Shown: one piece after another, positions 16,790 to 22,224 of the stretch
Numbering within the stretch: position 1 is the first letter of the stretch
Layout of the letters: each line of letters starts with the position of its first letter
Source of the DNA: Ferroglobus placidus DSM 10642
Lineage (GTDB): Archaea > Halobacteriota > Archaeoglobi > Archaeoglobales > Archaeoglobaceae
Assembly (NCBI RefSeq): GCF_000025505.1
Contig: NC_013849.1
Coordinates: forward strand, 420,001-452,000
Direction: 5' to 3'
DNA length: 32,000 nucleotides
Notes under the pieces: model-generated
Database searches by the model: none
Told to the model about the DNA's origin: nothing
The model's input: the letters and a program-made list of their open reading frames with translations, nothing else
Program-made: the position numbers and the translations under genes

Positions 16790-17338
16790 ATGAGAGGAGA
16801 GGGAGTAAAAGTCAGCTCTTTATCATTTGCAATGGGATGGATAATAGCGATGGTGTTGCCTTTTCTTTCAGGACTTAGCAGTACTGCAGCCTATTTGCTA
16901 CCAGTATGGTTCTTAGGAATCCTTCTGCTGAATATTCCAGCGAAAATAGTGTTCTTCGCCATAGTAAGCTACGCCACGGTCAATATCACAACTTTGTTAA
17001 AACTATCTCCGGAAGAGAGGACATCGATAGGTGAATCGATCGCCAGGCACAAAAAAGTAATCCTGCCAATTACAATATCAGCGTATATAGATTTCATACT
17101 TCTCCTTGCTATTAGCTCCAAGTTATGCTCTCTCTCGTCTGCCGGGTTGCTGATTCCACTTGTCTGGTATCTGATCGAGGACTGGCTAATCAGGAGAGAC
17201 TACTGGTATCTGGTTCCATCCACTCTGGTTGGACGAACCCTCATCAGATTAACGGGGCTAAAGTCAGAGAAGGTTTCTACAAACTATTTACCTGGCATCG
17301 TATTTTTGCCCGGAAAACTGCAGTGGATGAACCTGTAA
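16790..17338 (+). CDS. Integral membrane protein (about 4-5 TM), unknown function
   Basis: 182-aa ORF with hydrophobic segments (WIIAMVLPFLSGL, LLPVWFLGILLL, IVFFAIVSYATV, ILPITISAYIDFILLLAI, LLIPLVWYLI). No clear Shine-Dalgarno site, so the start is uncertain. The 3' end overlaps the convergent wHTH gene by about 50 nt. Confidence 0.6.
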   Translation: MRGEGVKVSSLSFAMGWIIAMVLPFLSGLSSTAAYLLPVWFLGILLLNIPAKIVFFAIVSYATVNITTLLKLSPEERTSIGESIARHKKVILPITISAYIDFILLLAISSKLCSLSSAGLLIPLVWYLIEDWLIRRDYWYLVPSTLVGRTLIRLTGLKSEKVSTNYLPGIVFLPGKLQWMNL

Positions 17339-17530
17339 AGAAAAAGAAACAGGACCAAAATTTCTAAGTTTGGCCTCAAGCCTCTCCAGGGGCCGCCTTG
17401 TAGTTGACCATGGAATTCCCGTTATTTCTGAAAGCTGTTTGATCGTATAACTCTGTATGGTTGGGGAGTTCTCCAAAGCTTCTTGCAAGATCTCATCCAG
17501 GCTCTTCCTTTTCCTGTTTTTCCTCGCCAT
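17288..17530 (-). CDS. Small helix-turn-helix DNA-binding protein
   Basis: ARKNRKRKSLDEILQEALENSPTIQSYTIKQLSEITGIPWSTTRRPLERLEAK fits an HTH/wHTH pattern. The start is ATG at 17530, or GTG at 17539. A perfect 18-bp palindrome lies 15 nt upstream. Confidence 0.6.
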   Translation of the reverse strand: MARKNRKRKSLDEILQEALENSPTIQSYTIKQLSEITGIPWSTTRRPLERLEAKLRNFGPVSFSLQVHPLQFSGQKYDAR

Positions 17531-17544
17531 AGCAACCACTTCTT

Positions 17545-17562
17545 GTGATTGATATCAATCAC
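17545..17562. promoter_or_regulatory. Perfect 18-bp palindrome (candidate operator of the adjacent HTH gene)
   Basis: GTGATTGATATCAATCAC is its own reverse complement. An extra GTGATT half-site lies at 17565-17570. Confidence 0.6.
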
Positions 17563-17684
17563 AAAGTGATTAAAAATCTTTTTAAATTTTTCGGTAAAAA
17601 AAGAAGAAAGAAAGAGACTGGCCGGATTCTCGCAGTACCGTGTCTCAGCGCTTTGAACAAACGGGCCGGAAAAATTCAAGATGA

Positions 17685-17865
17685 TTTACTCGGGGTTAAT
17701 TAAAGATAATATACCGGGGGTTAATTAACTAGGAGCAATCAAGGATAATGTACCTGAGGTTAATTTACCAGGGGTTAATTTACCCGGGGTTAATCAAGGA
17801 TAATGAACCGGGGGTTAATTAAAGAAAGATAAAGAAAGATAATTTACCAGGGGTTAATTAACTAG
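17685..17865 (+). repeat. GGGGTTAAT iteron cluster 3 (7 good and 1 degenerate copy)
   Basis: Copies read ctcGGGGTTAATtaaag, accGGGGGTTAATtaac, (taGGAGCAATcaagg), cctGAGGTTAATttacc, aGGGGTTAATttaccc, GGGGTTAATcaagg, accGGGGGTTAATtaaag and accaGGGGTTAATtaac. The orientation is the same as in clusters 1 and 2. Confidence 0.85.
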
Positions 17866-17943
17866 TAGCCAAGTACGATCCAGCATTAACACCCTCTACC
17901 TCAATTCCGGCCAGAGGCAAAATATAGCGTGTCCAGCAGAAAT

Positions 17944-18498
17944 TCATATTCTCGTTGTAATTTCCTCTCCAACCTCCTCAACCTCTTCCGGATTTATTTT
18001 GCTCCAGGGACTGGCAATTTTTGGTTTTGCTTCCTCACTTTTGAGCGAGCTTTCACTCTTACCCTCTTCCTTATGTTTCTTCCAAGAAATCTTCCATACC
18101 CAGTTTAACCGATATAAGGGTTCATCAAATCGAGTCTTGTAATTCATGTTTCGAGAGGCCATTACTGCATCTGCCTGCGCTCTGACAACGTACACACCCT
18201 TTGAGGCCTTAACCGAAACTTCCTTGAATGCAGGTTCTTGCTGTTTGATATCTATGATCTCCCAGCCGTCTTGGGGTAGGTCTGGCGGAGCCAAAGGTTT
18301 ATCCTTCACTTTTTCTTTAAGTTCATCAGGGATGTATTCTACAAAGACATTGCCAATATGTTTTACACCAAAATTAACACCATCAAACGGTGAGAACCCT
18401 GTTTCTCTGACATCTACAATAGCCACTCTTAACCTCAAAACTGTACCGTCCTCCAATACAATCTTACCAACGTGGGAGTTCTGAATTCCCAGAGACAT
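17944..18498 (-). CDS. Hypothetical protein (184 aa), probably leaderless transcript
   Basis: A clean ORF with balanced composition. On the minus strand the TATA-like TTTATATAC is centred about 24 nt upstream of the ATG, with no Shine-Dalgarno site. No family recognised. Confidence 0.7.
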   Translation of the reverse strand: MSLGIQNSHVGKIVLEDGTVLRLRVAIVDVRETGFSPFDGVNFGVKHIGNVFVEYIPDELKEKVKDKPLAPPDLPQDGWEIIDIKQQEPAFKEVSVKASKGVYVVRAQADAVMASRNMNYKTRFDEPLYRLNWVWKISWKKHKEEGKSESSLKSEEAKPKIASPWSKINPEEVEEVGEEITTRI

Positions 18499-18594
18499 AG
18501 TATTCTTAGACTTAAAAAGTATATAAACTTTTTAGGGTAAAAATTTTAAGTATGTGTAGTATGTATTATAGGAATACTGCTTCGAGGTGGAACC

Positions 18595-20031
18595 GTGGAT
18601 TCTGTCAGATTAGATGAGGACACAAAAGATAGGCCTGACCAGGGCAGATTAAAGGTACTTCTTACGATTTTCTTTGCTGGAGACGCCAGAGACGACGGAG
18701 ACGAATGTAAGGCTGGAGGAGATGATGGAAGTAGGAGTGTGGGCAAAAACGGGGACAGAGATAGAGTCGGGGGCGGAAAGGGAGTAAGTCTTGGGGAAAT
18801 AGCCCGGAAGTGCGGACTGTCCCGCAAGAACACGCTGAAACACCTGAATGCCCTCGTTGAAGCAGGATACATTGTTAAGGAGGGAAGTAGGAGGGGGGCA
18901 GTTTACACTCTCACCAAAGAGGGGAGGAGGGCTGTTGAGGAGGTTTTGGAAAGATGCGATCACGTGGGTGTGGATTACCTCAAGAGGTTTTTTGAATGGA
19001 CAGAGGGTGGAAGCGGAGGAAGCGAGGGAATGGCTGGAGAGAGGAGCTTGGACTGCGGGCTGGGCTGGTTCGAGCTGAAGGTGCTGGAGCATTACGGCTA
19101 CATTGAAAGAAGCAGGAGTACAGGAGAGGGTGCAGGAGGTAGTAGCAGGAGTGTAGGAGGGGTAGGGAGTGAGGAGGGAAAGGAGGGTGAAGAGGAGGGA
19201 GCGGCCAGGGAGGGAGAGGGAGAAGGAGAGAGGGAGGAGGCAATAGCGATAAAGATCACGGATAAGGGGAAGGAGGTTCTGAAGAAGGCATACCTGCAGG
19301 AGCTCAGGAGTGCTGTTGCCGCTCTGGAGAGGCTTGGTGTGAGGGTTCGCAGGAGCAAAAGCAAGGGCAAGGACAAGGACAGGGGCAGGGACAGGGACAG
19401 GAGTGGGAGCAGAGGAAGGGGAAGGAGTGAAAGTGAGGAGGACAGGAGGTCTGAGGAGGTATCAGAGGGGGTATCAGAGTTAGAAGGGGAAGGGGCAGAG
19501 GTGACAGATCAGGTGTCAGCCGTTCCCGTCCCGGCACCTGTATCTGTACCGGCCTCACTTTCAACTGTTTCACAGGCGCCGGTTTCAGCCTCAGACCCGT
19601 CTCTAGCCTCACCAACTCCTTCAGGTTCAGCACCAGCTCCTGGACCAGTTCTAGGTTCAGATTCAGGTTCAGCTGCAGATTCAGGTTCAGCTTCAAGTTC
19701 AACACCTGGCCTGAAACCGGACTTGGACTGGAAAGAGGGCTGGGAAGAGTGGAGGAGGAAAATAGCTGCCTCATTCGACCTGCTGAAGGACAGGCTGAGG
19801 GAGAGGGCAACGTTTGCAGATGGCAGGCTGCACATCGACGATCCTCCATACAGCATCACCGTGCTGCCTGATGGTAGCACATTCTTCAAAATAGGGGAAG
19901 AGGTGGTTGCGGCCCTGACAGCTGAAGGAGTGCGTGTCAGAGAGGACTGTGCCGGAGATGTTGCAGACTGGTGTATAGCCCTGGCGGCAATCTGCGACTC
20001 TCCCTTCAGGTCAGGAAATGAGTGGGGATGA
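18595..20031 (+). CDS. Winged-helix (MarR-like) DNA-binding protein with long low-complexity inserts
   Basis: GTG at 18595 lies 4 nt after GGTGG. GVSLGEIARKCGLSRKNTLKHLNALVEAGYIVKEGSRRGAVYTLTKEGRRAVEEVLE is a typical wHTH. A second, partial wHTH-like stretch is WFELKVLEHYGYIERS...IKITDKGKEVLKK. E/G-rich, RD/RS/RG-rich and S/G/D/A/P-rich tracts span about nt 19100-19720. The C-terminal domain looks globular. Confidence 0.75.
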   Translation: MDSVRLDEDTKDRPDQGRLKVLLTIFFAGDARDDGDECKAGGDDGSRSVGKNGDRDRVGGGKGVSLGEIARKCGLSRKNTLKHLNALVEAGYIVKEGSRRGAVYTLTKEGRRAVEEVLERCDHVGVDYLKRFFEWTEGGSGGSEGMAGERSLDCGLGWFELKVLEHYGYIERSRSTGEGAGGSSRSVGGVGSEEGKEGEEEGAAREGEGEGEREEAIAIKITDKGKEVLKKAYLQELRSAVAALERLGVRVRRSKSKGKDKDRGRDRDRSGSRGRGRSESEEDRRSEEVSEGVSELEGEGAEVTDQVSAVPVPAPVSVPASLSTVSQAPVSASDPSLASPTPSGSAPAPGPVLGSDSGSAADSGSASSSTPGLKPDLDWKEGWEEWRRKIAASFDLLKDRLRERATFADGRLHIDDPPYSITVLPDGSTFFKIGEEVVAALTAEGVRVREDCAGDVADWCIALAAICDSPFRSGNEWG

Positions 20032-20083
20032 GCGGGCACGAGGGTGCAGAGGACGCATAGGTGCGGAAAGAGTGAGGTGAAGA

Positions 20084-20194
20084 ATGAAGGAATTTGCTTT
20101 TCCGGCCCTGAAGAAAACCCATCCAGAAGAGAAGAAGGGAGAAGAGAAGAAAGGAAGGAAAGATAAGAAAGGAAAAAGAGAATGGAGGTGGTAG
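20084..20194 (+). CDS. Possible 36-aa Lys/Glu-rich micro-ORF
   Basis: ATG at 20084 lies 4 nt after GTGAGGTGA. Product is MKEFAFPALKKTHPEEKKGEEKKGRKDKKGKREWRW. It overlaps the next start by 13 nt. Low complexity, so weak. Confidence 0.2.
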   Translation: MKEFAFPALKKTHPEEKKGEEKKGRKDKKGKREWRW

Positions 20195-20433
20195 ATTTGG
20201 AGAATAAGGAAACGGTCGGTTATGTTTGTGGAAAACAGATTGTTGTTCCGGAGTGCCCTTTCTGCGGCAGGCCCCACTTCCATGGACACACCGGTGAGAA
20301 GATTGGAGAAGTGGCAGGCAGAGTGTCTCACTGCATGGAGGGGCATTATTTAATTCGAATTGAGGATAAGGAGTGCCTCTCAGAGAAGGAGATTGTGAAG
20401 AGGGCTTTAGGAAAGAAGAATGGTTTGAGGTGA
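20182..20433 (+). CDS. Small zinc-ribbon-like protein
   Basis: The 83-aa product has VCGKQIVVPECPFCGRPHFHGH....HC, a Cys/His cluster compatible with a zinc finger. Confidence 0.6.
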   Translation: MEVVDLENKETVGYVCGKQIVVPECPFCGRPHFHGHTGEKIGEVAGRVSHCMEGHYLIRIEDKECLSEKEIVKRALGKKNGLR

Positions 20434-20437
20434 AAGG

Positions 20438-20758
20438 GTGAGGAGTGAAGAACACTTCTTCGGGTTTCTCAACAGAGGTCTGCTGAAGTTTGCAAAGCTG
20501 ATGAAGGAAAAGGTGCGCTTTCAGGATGCCATCGAGATTGCAATGAGCAGCAACGATGTTGAGCTGTGCTTTGTGGCCGGCCTGCTCTTTGGCTCTCTGA
20601 TGCCTGATGAAGCTGTGATGGGGTTCATTGAGCTTGTTGAGATGGTGGTTGGAATGCTTGAGAAGGGTAAAGCAGACAGCGAGATTCTTGAAACTCTGGA
20701 TAGTCTGAGAAAAAATTTCACAGCTGACACTGTTGGCAGCACACCCGTGGGTGGGTGA
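20438..20758 (+). CDS. Hypothetical helical protein (106 aa)
   Basis: GTG at 20438 lies 4 nt after GAGGTGA, which overlaps the upstream stop. No family recognised. Confidence 0.55.
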   Translation: MRSEEHFFGFLNRGLLKFAKLMKEKVRFQDAIEIAMSSNDVELCFVAGLLFGSLMPDEAVMGFIELVEMVVGMLEKGKADSEILETLDSLRKNFTADTVGSTPVGG

Positions 20759-20787
20759 GAGGTGGGAGGAGAAGCCCCAGGAGGGCA

Positions 20788-20868
20788 GACTCCTTCTCAT
20801 TGTTAATTTATAGAGTAGTTTATAGAGAAGGAGGGCCGGGTTTCAGGGTTTAAACCCTTGCCACCCCC
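20788..20868 (+). ncRNA. Degenerate copy (A) of the D-arm-less tRNA-like element
   Basis: It has a 9-bp hairpin CTCCTTCTC...GAGAAGGAG, then GGCCGGGTTT, a T-arm-like CAGGG-TTTAAAC-CCTTG and CCACCCCC. It shares the 18-nt identical block GAAGGAGGGCCGGGTTTC with copy B. No convincing 5' acceptor partner, and the T-loop is non-canonical. Confidence 0.35.
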
Positions 20869-20916
20869 AGAAACTGCGCAGAGGAGATCTCCCAGAACTG
20901 CGCGAAAAACTGCAGA

Positions 20917-21025
20917 GTGGACTAATATCATCGTCTTCGTCCTCCTCAACACCTTCCCGGGTGTCCGACCTCCGGCCGGCTTTAAACGGTGGACTCGTAT
21001 CATCGTTCCCATCCTCTTTTGCAAC
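20917..21025 (-). CRISPR. Degenerate CRISPR-like mini-array, right/inverted copy (2 clear repeats, 1 spacer)
   Basis: Minus-strand repeats are GTTGCAAAAGAGGATGGGAACGATGATACGAGTCCAC (21025-20989) and GTTGAGGAGGACGAAGACGATGATATTAGTCCAC (20950-20917). They are separated by a 38-nt unique segment that itself contains a CCTCCGG hairpin-like motif. Confidence 0.35.
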
Positions 21026-21093
21026 CCCTCGCCATATGTCTCCGTTTCTGCTTAAATACCTATTTTAAGTTAAAGGGCTTCACATTAAATCCG
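21026..21093 (-). promoter_or_regulatory. Leader-like region of the right repeat array (inverted copy of 13772-13871 boxes)
   Basis: The reverse complement reads CGGATTTAATGTGAAGCCCTTTAACTTAAAATAGGTATTTAAGCAGAAACGGAGACATATGGCGAGG. It matches both left-arm boxes but lacks the roughly 45-nt segment that separates them on the left. Confidence 0.4.
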
Positions 21094-21286
21094 AGTAATT
21101 GGGAGAGAGTTCTGGCTAATTATTTATTCCCGAAACCACTAACCCATTTAACCTTGCAGAACTTGCTCTTTCCGGGCACTGATACACTTCTGCCCCTCAA
21201 CCTCAGAAAGATTTATATACTCTGTAGTGTAGTAAATTACAGTAATCATCACGCTCATAAACAAACTAACCAAGAGCAACATCCAC

Positions 21287-21530
21287 CTAGGCACCCTCCA
21301 CCAATCTCAGGTGCCCGGCCTCCGGCTGGGCGTTAAAAGGCCTGGATTGGTGGCAATCCCCCTCCGGGGGATTGGTCGGGTGCCTAGCACCCGTGGGTGC
21401 CGCCTCCGGCGGCTCAAGCTCACGGGTGCAACCCCCCGGACACCCCCTCCGGGGGTGGAAGGGGGCAGGTTGCCTCCCTCCGGGAGGCGGTAAGACTAAA
21501 GGCCCCGGAGCGCTTTGGATCGCCCGGGGG
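21287..21530 (+). ncRNA. Candidate structured RNA (about 245 nt) with five C(UCC)G-capped hairpins nested in long-range helices
   Basis: Five hairpins share one apex:
- GCCCGGCC-TCC-GGCTGGGC (21313-21331)
- CAATCCCCC-TCC-GGGGGATTG (21354-21374)
- GCCGCC-TCC-GGCGGC (21399-21413)
- CACCCCC-TCC-GGGGGTG (21441-21457)
- GCCTCCC-TCC-GGGAGGC (21472-21488)

Four long-range helices enclose them:
- CTAGGCACCC (21287-96) pairs with GGGTGCCTAG (21378-87)
- CCACCAATC (21298-306) pairs with GATTGGTGG (21345-53)
- CACCCGTG (21388-95) pairs with CACGGGTG (21421-28)
- CCCCGG (21503-08) pairs with CCGGGG (21524-29)

The strand is uncertain. One G-U pair favours plus, and TATA-like elements exist for both strands. 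Confidence 0.55.
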
Positions 21531-21719
21531 AAGGAGATGTGATACTTAGCTTTGTCTATCATATAAAACAAAAAACACCGGCCAGAAACAAAAAGAAACA
21601 AAGCCTGAAAGAAAAGTCTGAGACGAAAAAGAGACCAGAGAAAACAAAAGGAAGCAAAAAACTCGCCGAACAAAGCCGAACAGCAAAAGCAGAGTAAGAG
21701 GTAGTCGATTCTGTCATTT

Positions 21720-21875
21720 TATGATTTCCCTACCACCTGCTCCCCTCCCTACCACCCTACTTCCCTACCACTCTCGCCCCTCCCTACCACCTACCCTCCA
21801 ACATCCAAACCCCTACCACTCCCCTACCACTTCCCACCTCCCACCTTCCACACTGACCCAACATACCTCTCACTA
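21720..21875 (+). repeat. G-poor C/T/A tract (CCCTACCAC units), copy 2, abutting the tRNA-like gene
   Basis: CCCTACCAC(C/T)-type units. It shares the 19-nt core ACCCTCCAACATCCAAACC with copy 1. The complementary strand is rich in GGG/GGGG runs. Confidence 0.7.
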
Positions 21876-21971
21876 TATGCCGTGGCTCAGCTGGCAGAGT
21901 GGGTGACTTGTGACCTGTAACCCAGGTCGCAGGTTCAGTGAGTTCAGCTGGTTCAAGTCCCGCCGGCACCT
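21876..21971 (+). tRNA. Aberrant tRNA-like gene: the 5' half looks like tRNA-Thr(UGU), the 3' half has extra segments (intron-containing gene or pseudo-tRNA)
   Basis: Canonical elements are present: U8, the D-arm GCTC-AGCTGGCA-GAGT with A14/G18G19/A21, the anticodon loop CTTGTGA (anticodon TGT at 21909-21911), the T-loop GGTTCAAGTCC, and a T6 run directly after the 3' end. Several parts do not fit. Only 5 of 7 acceptor pairs form (TGCCG/CGGCA). No clean 3' anticodon-stem strand exists (the best is TCAGT at 21935-39 if about 21 nt are removed). The T-stem has one mismatch. GGTTCA and TGT(G/A)ACC are locally duplicated. Confidence 0.45.
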
Positions 21972-22017
21972 CTTTTTTGGAGTTTGGGTAACGATCCCCA
22001 TAAAAGGAGGTGGTCGT

Positions 22018-22179
22018 ATGCCAGTTGACATTGTAACTCAGGCCGTTTGTAAGGCTGTCGCAGTACTGGCCATTGGTCAGTTAGTTGCGACAGCCGTAAT
22101 TCTCAGACTTCTGTTATACTTGAAGGTGCTGCCACCAGTTTCTGCAGAAGACTACAGGAAAAAACAGGAAAAAAGCTGA
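22018..22179 (+). CDS. Small single-pass membrane protein (53 aa)
   Basis: ATG at 22018 lies 5 nt after AAGGAGGTGG. Product is MPVDIVTQAVCKAVAVLAIGQLVATAVILRLLLYLKVLPPVSAEDYRKKQEKS. The longer 21910 start would read through the tRNA-like gene. Confidence 0.6.
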   Translation: MPVDIVTQAVCKAVAVLAIGQLVATAVILRLLLYLKVLPPVSAEDYRKKQEKS

Positions 22180-22224
22180 GCGTTAACCCGGATTTTTTGG
22201 GTTTTTAAATTTTTGAAGCTCCAT

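Larger units (their letters stand above)
13772..21093. mobile_element. 7.3-kb segment bounded by long imperfect inverted repeats (possible mobile or invertible cassette)
   Basis: The left arm (13772-14189) and right arm (about 20917-21093) are inverted copies of the same leader boxes plus repeat units. No transposase, recombinase or target-site duplication was identified. Confidence 0.3.

Noticed and set aside
18546-20800. Antisense or alternative-frame ORFs over the wHTH gene and its neighbours (18546-18872 minus, 18649-19092 minus, 19304-19849 minus, 19509-20039 minus, 20006-20800 minus, 20011-20346 minus).
   Set aside because: The repeat-encoded low-complexity DNA keeps several frames open. 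The plus-strand genes have recognisable wHTH and zinc motifs and Shine-Dalgarno-linked starts, while these ORFs have neither.
21287-21697. ORFs 21287-21673 (minus, 128 aa), 21311-21493 (plus, 60 aa) and 21515-21697 (plus, Lys-rich 60 aa); also the idea that the GC-rich region is SRP RNA or RNase P RNA.
   Set aside because: The ORFs overlap the densely base-paired region, have Pro/Gly/Arg-rich products and lack ribosome-binding sites. The region lacks the conserved SRP helix-8/helix-6 loop motifs and the RNase P GGAAAGUCCGGGC-type core, and every apex is a UCC triloop.
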